Of a stretch of DNA of 31,471 nt, positions 11,000 to 22,559 are shown piece after piece. The stretch's first letter is position 1. Each line of letters begins with the position of its first letter. Below the pieces are notes generated by a model. The model searched no databases and was not told the origin of the DNA. It saw nothing but the letters and a program-made list of their open reading frames with translations. Made by a program: the position numbers and the translations under genes. Source of the stretch: Chiloscyllium plagiosum (lineage: Eukaryota). The stretch covers positions 7,755,651 through 7,787,121 of the forward strand of contig NC_057752.1 in assembly GCF_004010195.1 (NCBI RefSeq), given 5' to 3'.

Positions 11000-11605
11000 C
11001 TCAGTTCAGGTTTTAGCTTGAGTTCAATTTGTGGGTTCAAGTTCCAATCCAGTAGTTGAGTACCTGATAGGCTGTCATTCTGGTGCAGTATTGAGGGAGC
11101 GATGCAATGTCAGAGATTTCATTTTCAAACCAAGTTGGTGAGCCAGTTCTGTTCAAATGAATGCTAAAGTTTCAGTGGCCATCATTCTCCCAGTCAACTA
11201 TGCGAAAGTGAGTACTGCAGATGCTCGAGATTAGAGTCTAGATTAGAGTGGTGCTGGAAAAGCACAGCAGATCAGGCAACATTCGAGGAGCAGGAAAATC
11301 GATGTTTTGGGCAGGATCCCTTCATCAGGAAGGGCTTTGTTACCCTTCCTGATGAAGGGCTTCTGCCCGAAATGTCGATTTTCCAGCTCCTCAGATACTG
11401 CCTGACCTGCTGTGCTTTACTAGTACCACTCTAATTGACTTCATTCTCCTAGTGCCTTAGCTGATTCTCTTTCCTCAAACAACACACCAAAAGCAGATTA
11501 GCTTGTGAATAATTTCATTGAATTTTGTGGGATTTAGTGTGTGAAATGGCTGCCATAACTGTCTACATAACAGTCACTTTACTTCAAAATAATGTATATG
11601 AAGCA
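11000..11605 (+). mobile_element. SacSINE1-like DeuSINE interrupted by a PLE-derived fold-back element
   Basis: B-box-like ggttcaagttcc (11034-11045) and gtgcagtattgagggag. After the insertion it continues cctcaaacaac..aaaagcagatta...tttgtgggat...aaatggctgcc...acttcaaaa. Confidence 0.65.
11198..11440. mobile_element. Palindromic non-autonomous PLE derivative with two back-to-back hammerhead motifs
   Basis: Arms 11235-11334 and 11343-11440 are reverse complements around an 8-nt loop, and each carries ctgatgaaggg..gccc(g/a)aaa. Flanked by tcattctcc(c/t)agt at 11182-11194 and 11441-11453. Confidence 0.88.
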
Positions 11606-11611
11606 CTTTTT

Positions 11612-11925
11612 TCTTTAATGGGATGTGAGTTTCACTAGCATACCTGCCATTTATTGCCCATCCCTAATTGCCCTTGAGAAGATGGTGGTGAATCATCATT
11701 TTGATCACTGCAGTCCATCTAGTGTAGGTAGACCCACATGCTGTTAGGAAAACATCTCCAAGATTTTGACTCATTGACAGTGAAGGAACAGCAACATAGT
11801 TCTAAGTCATGTTGATGTATGGCTTGGAGGAGAACTTGCAGGTGGCAGTGTTCCCATGTATCTGCTGCTGTTGCCCTTCTCGGTGGAGGGGAGAGGGTTC
11901 AAGGTTTGGAAGATAGTACTGAAAT
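11612..11925 (-). mobile_element. CR1-group LINE 3' fragment (same family as 28752-29344)
   Basis: catttattgcccatccctaattgcccttgagaagatggtggtg...gaacttgcaggtggcagtgttcccatgtatctgctgc aligns by eye with 28770-28990. Confidence 0.78.
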
Positions 11926-12944
11926 GGCATGAGAAATATAATAAGACATTTTGATATTACAAGTTCTCTTACACATTAAACAATATTTTAATATCTCATC
12001 TAAATAGTGCATCTATTTGTATTGCCAGCAGCCACAAAGATCAATTTAAAAGGTCTTTGTACTTTAGAATAAAACCAGTAACAAGTATTCTATGGGTATC
12101 AGAGCAAACATGATTGTCAGAAGCCAGGCAGGCAAATTTGCTCTTGTAGGTTCCTCCAGTCATTTCTGGTCTTTATCTTATGTGTTTTGACAATGGGTTG
12201 AAGTTTCCCTTGACACAGCTGGAAGAAGTGCAGACTTCCCCGAGATTCTTGGCCAAAATACCTCCTTCCATCATCATGAGATGATTGGGTCATGCATCTA
12301 GTATTTTGGCTGTGAAATCTTTCTGTGCGCAAAGTGGCTGCTGCTGCATTTACCTTTCTGTGAAATTTTTTTGGAAACATTTCTGAGATAAGACAACATA
12401 TAAATGAAAGAACATTTAATTTTTCTCTAAAACAGTAGCTTCTTCACAGATGCTATATAGTTTATAGCATGTATATGTTTCAGTCAAATGTAAACATGCA
12501 CTCACCATACAGAATGAATATATATTTTACTTAATGTGCACTCTTCAGTGAATTCCTGATATGACCCAAGAGTCAATTATCAGCCACCTGTCCTGCGACC
12601 CCAGGCAGGCTTGCTTTTCAATGTTCTTCAACAATTGCCATTCTCAGCCTGTTCCACTGTGGAATATTGACACCGTTAATTTTAGCGACATTCCCACTCA
12701 TTTTCTTTGCTCTCCAGCAAGAGGAAGCAAACGTAAGCTAGTAGGGTATGACAGCAAACACACAGAATAACAAAAGAGCTGCATTCAAAATACCTCCCAT
12801 CCTCTCTAAAAGAGTGCTTTGGAGACCATTTGAAAGTGGGCCATGAATAAGGCAATGCTTAACATTGAGTAATATCAATAACTGTAAATTGTGATAGTGG
12901 CTCACATTAGCTTTTAACTTTATTTAACTGACTAAATCAAAGAT

Positions 12945-13095
12945 ATCAGTGATGAAGCTGTGTAGGGTGTTGGTTAGGCCACAGATGTGTCAGTTCTGAT
13001 TCTGGGACATGACTAGGTAGGGTGCTTGATGACTGGTATGGACATGATGGGCTGAAGGGCCTCTTTCTGTTCTGTAATACTCTGATTATGACTCA
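12945..13095 (+). mobile_element. Short deleted CR1 remnant
   Basis: KLCRVLVRPQ-like segment followed by the CR1 3' UTR gatgggctgaagggcctctttctgttctgta. Confidence 0.6.
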
Positions 13096-13781
13096 ATGAC
13101 ACCAGACAATGCATTACAAGATTTTACAAAGGATATCATTAAATGTTAAAATAAAGCAAAGATTAAATTATTACATTGTAATTCACCTTGGACTGTCTAA
13201 GAACTAGAGTTTCTTTTATGTTAGTGACTTAGATTTCAGAAATATTATACTTTTTAATGATCATTTTATCATTATATTGGTGACACACCACTGATGTAGG
13301 ATCAGGATTCTGGCATTTTTTTTGTATGGTGAACCATATAAAATGCATACTGGTCACCAGGTGATACAAAGCTCTTGCCATTGGTCTTGGCGCCTTCTTC
13401 AAATTGTGTATTGCTAAACTTCCAGCTTCATTATTCCACAGTGAAGCAGCAAATTAATCACACACGTTGATTAAAGTCCACAGTTTCTGCAAGTGATTGA
13501 TTTGTGGGATTTTGTTGTTCTGCTTGGATCACCAGAACTAGCTCCCCTGTGAACAGAGATGGTCATTAGTAAGCAGAGCAGCTTGAGGAGGAATGTATCT
13601 CACATAGCACAACGTGAACAAAGTATTGTAAATTGTCACTGCAGCAAATGTACTCTAACCACAGGAGGGGTGCTGGCCAATGTACTCTAGACTGGTGACA
13701 TGATAACTGAACCATTTTGTACTTTGAACAAACAAGTGGAATTAACACGAAGAAATTAGAAAGGCGTCTGTTTCTGAGAGT

Positions 13782-14085
13782 TATAAAATCATGCAATACA
13801 GAAGGAGATTATTTGGTCCGTCATATCTGTGCAACCTTTTTGAAAAAGCTATAGACTAACTTTTGCTTTTTTCCCCCACAACCCTGCAAATTATTTCCCC
13901 TTCAAGTATAGCCAGCTCTGTTTTCCGAGTTAAGACTGAATCGGCTTGCACCATTTTATAACAACTTACTGCCTAAAACAAATTCCCTTCATTGCCCATC
14001 TGGTTCTTTTGCCAACAGCATAAATCAGTGCTGTTTGACTTCCTGTCAATGAAAACAATTTCTGCCCGTCTAGTTATCAAAACTA
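13782..14085 (-). mobile_element. Old CR1 LINE 3' fragment
   Basis: aatacagaaggagattatttggtcc...ccccacaaccctgcaaattatttccccttcaagta is a reverse-complement CR1 3' UTR. Confidence 0.6.
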
Positions 14086-14616
14086 AAGGAGGCAGGATTC
14101 TATCAGCATTCCCAGTTTGCTCTTTGGGGTAGGCTATTATTTATGTTTTGAATATATGATTTATAATCCACTGTACAATTTAAAGAAGAAAAGTATGTAT
14201 GAAAAAGAAACGTTTGGCAAAATGTCTCTTTGCTTGGGGAGCTAGCAGATCTGGCAAAGCTGTGTTTTTAACCCAATAAGATCAAGTGCATATGAAATGT
14301 TTCAACAGAATGAATACCATTGGATACCTTTCAAATCTTCAGTAAAAAACTGATTTAGGCAATGATGTTTCAGCTCATTCCCCGCTGCAAGGCATTGACA
14401 TAGGCACTGCATGACATAAAGTATCAGTGTATTATCACTTATATTTATGTTCCTTTCCATTCAAAATTACAAATGATGTCAGAAAGGTATTTCTACTGGA
14501 AAATGTTCAGGCGAGGGCAATGTTTTGGTTTTTATAAATAGTCTAAGTTTCCAAAACCACATGACAAGTGTTTTAAAACACACTTTCAAAATAATCAATG
14601 TGAAGTGCACTGTGAT

Positions 14617-14872
14617 ATAGAGTCATAGAGATGTACAGCATGGAAACAGACCCTTCGGTCCAACCCGTCCATGCCGACCAGATATCCCAATTCAATCTAG
14701 TCCCACCTGCCAGCACCCGGCCCATATCCCTCCAAACCCTTCCTATTCATATACCCATTCAAATGCCTTTTAAATGTTGCAATCGTACCAGTCTCCACCA
14801 TTTCCTCTGGCAGCTAATTCCATACACGTACCACCCTCTGCGTGAAAAAGTTGCCCCTTAGGTCTCTTTTAT
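14617..14872 (-). mobile_element. Young CR1 (HER1-like) LINE 3' end, 5' truncated
   Basis: atagagtcatagagatgtacagcatggaaacagacccttcggtccaac...ccctctgcgtgaaaaagttgcccc. The reverse complement gives GNFFTQRVVRVWN*LPEEMVETGTIATFKRHL. CpGs are retained. Confidence 0.92.
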
Positions 14873-15284
14873 TTTTTCTTTCCATACTTATTCCTTTAAA
14901 GGGCAGGAACTTCCAAGCAATGGATTTTTCCTTAGATAGTACCCATCTAGCTCAGAGCTATAGTTACAACAGAAAACTTCCTCCTTGTTTTTCAGCATTC
15001 TATAGACAGCGGCATATAAATTAAACTTAGAACCTTCAAAACATTTTTATGCCAACTTTAAATTGTGAACCAACGGTTTTGGTGATTGAATTTTGAAATG
15101 TGAAGAAAATAATGAGTAACTCAAATTAAATCATTGAGTTTTGTTGAATTGATTAATTCTGTAAGGAAAGCTTGAACCACAATCAAAACATTTTACAAAT
15201 AATTAAATGCATGGTCTTTGGCATCAATTGCAAAGAGTTCATTGAATTCATTGAGTCACTTTGGCGATGGCAATTTTGGTTTCA

Positions 15285-16564
15285 TAACCATTTCTCCACA
15301 ACAAATCATCCACTGATTGAAAAATCAATCTGCATCCACTGAATTGGAAATTTCACATTTTTAAAAATTATCTGCTAATACTTCATACATGAATAGCAAA
15401 CCCATGATTTGATGACAAAACCGCATGAAACATCAAGCAGAGCAGCATATATATTTTTGCTTTTGGTGAAGATTTTTTTCTTCATTAATCATCCTCCTAT
15501 TCCATTTGGCACAAAGATGATCCTTGAATGGTGTGTTGGGTACACATCCAAAGATTGTACAATTGATGTCAGAACACCTGCTATAACTGCAATTTGGGTT
15601 TTATTTCTTTGTCGGCATCTCTTGATCTCTTTGCTTATGTAGGATCAGCACACTTACTATACTGATAGGCCACTGAGATGCTTATTCCACACATTATTGA
15701 TCCACTCATCTTCTCTGGGGTGGCATGGTGTCTCAGTGGTTAGCACTGCTGCCTCACAGCACCAGAGACCCAGGTTTGATTCCAGCCTCGGATGACTGTC
15801 TGTGTGGAGTTTACACATCCATGTCTGCGCAGGTCCCCTCTGGGTGCTCTGGTTTCCTTCCAGTCCAAAGAGGAGTAGATTATAAATGGATTGGCTGTGC
15901 TAAATTGCTCATAGTGTCCAGGGATGTGTAGGTTAGGCAAATTAGCCATGAGAAATGCAGGGTTACAGGAATGGAGTGGGTCTGGGTAGGATGCTGTTCA
16001 GAGCATTGGTGTGGACTTGATGGGCAGAATCACCTGCTTTCATAATTTTTCACTCGTAGTGTGGCTGTTGAGCCATGTAAAAAATTATGGGCATTTTATC
16101 TATGTTGCCGATGTAACATAATGGGCAGTTGTGTTTTTGCTCCTAAGAGAAAAATCGCAGGAAACCGGTCAACTATCTTCTGCATTATCTTCTGGTGCAA
16201 CTTCAGACATTTTTGTTCTGTTGCTCTGAAATCTTTGCTGGACTCAGGGTTTGGTTTAGCCCACTTAAGTATTGTTTGTATGCATTGCATTTCTGGTGAT
16301 GATGTAACCATTCTGACTATTTTTGAGGATCCGTTCCAACACTTGCTTCTCAAGACCAGGCCAATAGCTTGTCCCTGTTCTCGTGGTTCATTTGATCTTG
16401 GGCATCTTCTTCAGGATGGATTCCTCCTTCTTCTATTCTCACACCAGCTGTTCTCTAACAGTGAATTCCCTTGCTTTAGCACAGTGATTCAATGAGTTAA
16501 CAAATTTTATGATTTTCAGATTAAAACAAGCTTCATGTGTTATTCTTTTTGCAAGACAGCCAAT
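15285..16564 (-). mobile_element. Fossil pogo-superfamily (POGK/Passer-like) transposase with stops and frameshifts, interrupted by a SINE
   Basis: Minus-strand translation across frameshifts gives KRITHEACFNLKIIKFVNSLNHCAKAREF (Brinker-like DBD), YWPGLEKQVLERILKNSQNGYIITRNA..LKWAK (CENP-B-type HTH) and KHNCPLCYIGNIDKMP (cf. GNMDETP). After the SINE it gives WINNVW, TQIAVIAGVLTSIVQSLDV/NTPFKD (cf. IPGGLTS.LQPLDV..NKPFK), F*KCEISNSVD and DDLLW. Confidence 0.85.
15718..16041 (+). mobile_element. HE1 SINE lacking its 3' tail repeat
   Basis: gggtggcatggtgtctcagtggttagcactgctgcctcacagcacc...ggtttgattccagcctcgg, collinear with 6715-7044. Ends at cacctgcttt. Confidence 0.92.
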
Positions 16565-16899
16565 TTCTGTTTAGTAGTTGCAATGCACATTGTTTCATGT
16601 GGGCATCATAAATTCCCATGCATTTTCTTGGCAATACAGCCCATATCATCTATTTGATTGCATGCATTGTTTTAAAAAGTAAGTATAACCCTAAGTACAT
16701 TGCTGAGCTGAGAAAAATGAATTTGACTGTCCTAAATGTGCACTGGTAAAACAGGGTCATCTTATATACCATGATCTGCAGTAGTTGTGTGTCCATATAA
16801 TTTTTCTGGTTCCCTGACGTTTCTGTTGTTGAACAGTTAGTCACAGATAAACTGTCCATTTGATGGCTTAACTGAGATATAATGTATCTTTAAAAAAAT

Positions 16900-18560
16900 A
16901 CATTAAGTAGATATGTTTGGAATTCCAAAAAAAAGCATTGCTGCAGGAGAAGATGTTTGATCACTTGGGTATTGTAAGGACTGAAGAGCTTGAACCTATA
17001 TCAGGACAGCATACAAAATAAAATTGGTTGATAGGTTGGAGAACATGTGGAGTCAAAAGAATGAATAGTAAATAACAAGTAGAGATTAAGTAGTTACCCA
17101 GATTGGCAAATGATGGAAAGTGATGTTCCACAAGGATCAGCACCGGGCCCGCTGTTCACAATTTTTATTGAATGATTTGGACACAGGCACCAGAAGTACA
17201 ATTTCACAATTTGCAAATGACACCAAACTGGGGACTATAGCAAATACAATAGAGAGTTGTGACAAAATACAAGAATATATCAATAAAATTGCAGAGTTAG
17301 CAAGTGATTGGCAAATTAATTCAATATATATCAGTACAAGGTACTAAATTTTGATCGAGGCCACACACTCCTTGGAAAATAAGTGTCTAAATGGCAGAGA
17401 GAAACAGTGATCTGGAATATAAACATTGAAATCATTAAAAACATGACACTGGTTGTTAAAGCCATTACTAAAACAAAAATTGCTGGCACTCATCTCCAGA
17501 GGGATAGAATTGAAATGCAGAGAAGTTATGTTAATTTTGTATTGAACTTTGGTTGGAACATCCTTGGAGTACTGTGAACAGTTCTGGTTTCCATATTATT
17601 ATAAAAATCACAGTGCAACAGAGGTTTACCAGCATCATCCCAGAGCTGAGATTATGCCTATCAGGAAAAATTGAACTGGCTAGAGAAAAAAAAGACTGAC
17701 AGGTTATTCTGATATAGGACTTTTAAGATTATAGCTTGGATTTTCAGGGAGTCAGGATGACTTGGGATCCCTTTAAAAATGGCAAGCAAGTACTGATTCC
17801 GGGATTTTCAACCCCGTTCCTATGGTTTTCCAATTTTCACCAGGCACTTTTCAGGAGGTGGGCTGGATCAGGTTACAAGCCCACACCCAAGGAGACATGG
17901 AGGGGAAACAGGGCGTGTGTGGGAATGGAGGGAGCATGAGGGGGTGAGGGCTGGAGGGACTTTCTGCTTTGATTATCACTGAAGCACAGCACTGAGTTGG
18001 GTCATTTAAAACAAACTGTCTCACCACCTGACAGCACAAGCAAGTTTTTCCAAGGTTGGCTGGCCCAACTGCAGCCGGCACCTGCCAAATCCTACGTCTA
18101 CCCAACATCTCCAGCATGGCATGAAGATCCCATCCTTGTGGGCACTTTTGCCTGAGGTAGGTGCATCAGCCAGGACATTTTCTGACTCCTGCTGCCCAAC
18201 TCAAGGATGAAACTCCAGCCCTATGAAAGACTTTGATAGGATAGACAAAAGAAAATTATTCCGCTTCCACTTGAGCTACAAATGAACTAGAGGCCATCAA
18301 TAAAAAATAGTCACTGATAAATCCAGGAGGGAATTCAGGATAAACCTCGTCTTGTGAGTTGTTTGGATGGGGAGCTTGCAACCGTAGGGAGCAGTTAAGA
18401 TGTATAGTGTAGATGCAGTTAAAGGGAAGAGAGATAAGAATCTGAAGAAGAAAGGGTAAAACAATGACATGATTAGATTGGATGAAGGGAGAGGGAGGTA
18501 GTTCATGTAGAGCAGAAACACCATAAACACCAAAAAGCCTTCTTCTATTAATGCTACTAT
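16900..18560 (+). mobile_element. Old CR1 LINE ORF2 (RT and C-terminus) remnant, split by a MITE
   Basis: WQMMESDVPQGSAPGPLF..NDLDTGTRSTISQFANDTKLG (cf. GVPQGSVLGP, FADDTKL) and LEYCEQFWFPYY. FKIMKDFDR is restored on removing 17733-18224. Confidence 0.85.
17733..18221. mobile_element. Non-autonomous DNA transposon (MITE), 3-bp TSD, PIF/Harbinger-like
   Basis: TAT is duplicated at 17730-17732 and 18222-18224. Imperfect TIRs agcttggattttc / gaaactccagccc, subterminal inverted ggagtcagga / ttctgactcc, and higher GC than the flanks. Confidence 0.75.
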
Positions 18561-18704
18561 GAATTCCTTCTCAGCTCGAAGTACATCATCCTCTCTCTCT
18601 TATGCTGAAAACAAGATTTATCTTGGCCCTTTATGCAAACCTATTCTTTCCTAGGATCTCAAGAGCTGTAGATTTTTTTTATCCTTTCCTTCCTCCAAAC
18701 TCGG

Positions 18705-19039
18705 TCCCAAAAATCTGGATATCTCAGCTTTAATTATGTTGAACAACAGAGCATCCACAACCCCCTCAGGTGAACCACTCTTAAGAATCACTACCCCCGA
18801 GTGGAGAAATTTCATCTGATCTCAGTCCGAAGTGATCAGCCTCTTATCATGAGACTGTGCTCCATCTCCCCCCATGTTTTAGATTCCCCGGCCAGGGGGT
18901 GATAATCTTAGTATCGACCCTGACAAAACCCTTCAGAATCTTATGTATCAATGAGATTACCTTTCATTCTTCTAAACTCCAGTAATATAGACCCAATGTA
19001 CTCAGTGATCTATCATAGGAGAATCCACTCATCCCAGGA
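18705..19039 (-). mobile_element. CR1 LINE fragment
   Basis: Reverse complement resembles the CR1 ORF2 C-terminus (LGLYYWSLEE.KVISL / YKILKGF / IR*NFSTRG-like segments). Confidence 0.65.
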
Positions 19040-19624
19040 GACGTTTGACAATACAACACCTCTGTTGAAAAGATGGCACTAAGACAAGAATAATAAAAGA
19101 AACTGCTATTAGATTGAAATGATAAGAGATGCTAGTGAAAAGACAGTTGGCTGCACTTGTATTTAATTGAATGAAAAAGGAAATGTTAGTTCCAGCACAT
19201 CCAAGAATGTTTTTAGATCAAAAATATTGCTTTTATTGATTCTTATTCTCTGATTTTTCTTACTTTGTAGCATGTAAAGTGAGGTTGTGTGTCACTATTG
19301 CCAGCCTGTATTTTCCCTGAGATGTGCTGAATGCATCTATTACTCAGCCATGAGCCCAATTAAGCGCAAAATCATCTATTTAGTTTGATTACTGCAGCAA
19401 CATGTTTTTTTTTCCATACATGACAGAATACATACAACTTCATGTATGGAACTCAATAAGCCAACAAATAAGAGTTTCTAAAATCCAATAGAGGGCTTTT
19501 CTCACTTGATCACTTCAGTACATTTACAGTCCCATCAATAGCCAATTTTAAGGAAAAAGGAAAGCAAAATCCTATATTGATAATGGCAAGATTACAGTAA
19601 CCGTAAAGATGGTTTGTTTGAAAT

Positions 19625-19720
19625 AAACCTTAAAATGCTGAGAATCTGAAATAAAGACAAAATGCTTTAAAAAGCAATAGCAGGTCTGACAGCATCCAAA
19701 TAAAATATATGTTTATGTTT
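19625..19720 (-). mobile_element. Highly decayed PLE pLTR terminal fragment
   Basis: aaatgctgagaatctgaaataaagacaaaatgct...agcaggtctgacagcatcc is related to the reverse complement of 6600-6660. Confidence 0.5.
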
Positions 19721-20995
19721 TGTATAGAAAAACATCAAAACAAGAGATTTTAGGGAATCAACTGAATTCTGATACTCAGAATGTTGCACACTGTGACGAA
19801 TAGAAACTGCCTGTTGAAATTGAAACTTTCTACCTATGAATGGTCAAGGATTAAATATATTGAGATTGATCCTTGAACAAGTGGATTTTTTTCCATGCTA
19901 CTATCAATGTCATACTTTAAGATTTATTGCGCTATTAACATGCTTTCTTCTTTCTCTGCACATTTGGTTGAAAACTATGATCATACTTAAAGGGAAAGCA
20001 GCTACTAGCCTTCCCAGAGCTCTTTAATACTCTGCAGTTCCCTGCGTCATTTGATTTGAGAATTTCAGTACAGCTCCCATAATACCCTCAAATATAAAGT
20101 TCCCATTATAGTTTAATTTTCATAATTTCTCCCACACAAGGTAAATATTGTTCAGTGGATGTTTTGCACTGGCTGAGAGCAACTACTGGATACAGTGGAG
20201 ATGCTATTAGCAGATTTGGGCACCACACTATGATTTTGTCTTGTTTGTCACTAAAATTGCATTGAAACCTGTGATGTTCTATATATTTTAATTATTATTT
20301 CAACTGGGTCAAGACTAACCAAATAGTTTTGAATGAAGCATTCCAATCACCAAAGCTCTCCGATGGTAATGGTTGGGTGATACAAATTGGCTAGATATAT
20401 CCTTTCACCCCTGAAATGTGGACTCAACCTCACCACAGACTGATGGGTTTAAACGTCATCGCTATCTGTTGTGCACCAGAGTTTAATGTACTAGGTCCAT
20501 CTTCAAATACTTCCCAGTGGATGTATTATCAGTATTTTAATATTATAATATTATTAATATTTTGGCCATCTTACCAAATTAGCCATTGGGGTTGCTGGTG
20601 AATAAAATGGCACATTGGCACAGGGTGATCTACTCAGGTTAGTACATTGTTGGAACTTCACACAGCAGCTAGCTGTGATAAAGCTGACCCAAGAGTGCTC
20701 TGTGCTGAGAATGGGTGCCAAGAATGGTTTCCTATTGTGAAAATTTATTGGACAAAGGAAAAGCTCTCAGATTGCGATGTTAAGAGCAGTTATGAATAAT
20801 AATGAAGGGTCATCTGCTGACCAAAGGATTGATAAAAATCTCTTCAGCAAAATAATACTGGCACCATTAATTGAAGTGATGCTGCCATTCGATTGCTAAT
20901 CCTTTGGAAGGTGTGTTATTTTCTTTGTGAGAAGGAAACAGGCTAGAACTGCAATCCTGTGATGCTCATGTAATCTAATAATCCATTTTGGTGAA

Positions 20996-21007
20996 AGTTA
21001 CGTAACT
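20996..21007. promoter_or_regulatory. Perfect palindrome matching the PAR-bZIP/NFIL3 (D-box) consensus
   Basis: agttacgtaact contains GTTACGTAAC and lies in a repeat-poor segment rich in TAAT motifs. Confidence 0.3.
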
Positions 21008-21333
21008 GCAGGGATGGACAAGGAGCAGGGGGGAAAAAATTTCCTGAACAAAAAAATGCTGTGAGCTTTCCTCTATAATTAATGACTAACAAAAATGCAT
21101 TTTTGCAAATGCCACATTTTGAAGTTCTGTGTTCTGAGGTTTTCTTTATGGGTCATTAATTACAAAGGAAAACAAATATTTCCCCATTTTGAGAGGTAAT
21201 TTACTGAAGTGTCTCTCTTCTAATATATAAATGGACACTGGTGTCAATATCTATCTTCAAACAGTGTTGAGAGATTGTATTGCCCCAGTGTATGTTATAA
21301 AGCTCTGGCATTGTACCTTGGTGGCTATTTAGT

Positions 21334-21632
21334 GGGGAGGTGATGGCCTATTGGCATTATCACTAAACTATTAATCCAGAGTCCCAGGTAACCTTCTGGG
21401 AACTCAAGTTTGAATCCTGCTATGGCAGACTTGAATTCAATAAAAATCTGGAGTTGGGAGCCTAATGATGACCATGAAACTATTGTCAATTGTTAGGAAA
21501 AACCTAATGTCCCTTAGGGAAGTAGTCCAGACCCACAGCAATGTGGTTGACTCTTAACTACCCTCTGGACACTACTCTCTGGGCAATAAATGCTGGTCCA
21601 ACCAGCAATGCCCACATCCTGTGAATGAATAA
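21334..21632 (+). mobile_element. tRNA-derived SINE (same family as 6057-6392)
   Basis: A-box-like tggcctattgg, B-box-like agtttgaatcc, and tail gggcaataaatgctggtccaaccagcaatgcccacatcctgtgaatgaataa. Confidence 0.78.
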
Positions 21633-22109
21633 TTACTTAGCAATTTATTGAAATAGCAAGATCACATAAGTGCGTCTTTTACTTTAGGACAATTAAATGG
21701 GGAATTGTTAACATTCAGCAAATAAATATTCACCATGCTGTAATTGTCTATCCCACATCCAGTACCAAACAATTTTTCTATACATTGATGTAAAATACTG
21801 AATAGTTTTAATTTAAATGTCATTAAAGTAATTCTTTCACTGACTAGATTCTGAACAATTGCTTCCCCAAACAATTTGATTCTGAAGCCAGTCTCACTTG
21901 CTAACCATTTTCCTTTCCCTTTTAAAAAGAAACACAACTTGTTTCCTTTACTATATTCCACATGCTAATAGAGAATTAACTACTATTTCTGTACTGATTT
22001 TTCCCTCAGCTCATGATACTAAATGCCACTGGGTCACTTGTACTGCGATATTAAATAATTATGCTAAACTGTATTCTAGTTTTCCTCCTACTACTGCTAG
22101 AAACTATTA

Positions 22110-22545
22110 AAATTAGGAAGCACTTCAAAAGTGATGGGCTAATCAAGGACAGTCAGCACAGTAAAAACCAGGTCATGTTTGACTAATTTAAGTCTTTTGA
22201 GGAAATTACCAAATTTATAGATAGGTAAATAATGAGCTGACATATTTGAACTTTGAAAATATTTTATAAAGTAACACATGTAAAACTTGTGAAAATAAGG
22301 CCTATGCTATTAATGGCAAGTGTGGCGTGGATAGAGAAATGGTTTATGGATAGAAAACAGAGCATAGAAGTAATTGGATTTTATGTTGTTAATGGGATGC
22401 TCAAGGGATCTTTGGTGGTACTATCTTGTTCTACATACAGATAAAGGATTTAAAAGTGGCCATACAAGAGGGATCAACAACAAAATCTGATGATACCAAA
22501 TTATTCATTCATAGGATGTGGACATAGCAAATTGTGAGGAATAAC
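22110..22545 (+). mobile_element. Old CR1 RT-domain remnant
   Basis: GLIKDSQH..RSCLTNL..FEEITKFID..KVTH..AWIEKWFMDRKQ..DDTKL. Confidence 0.72.
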
Positions 22546-22559
22546 ATACATGTTATTGG

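Noticed and set aside
16061..16495. 144-aa plus-strand ORF
   Set aside because: Antisense shadow of the fossil pogo transposase.
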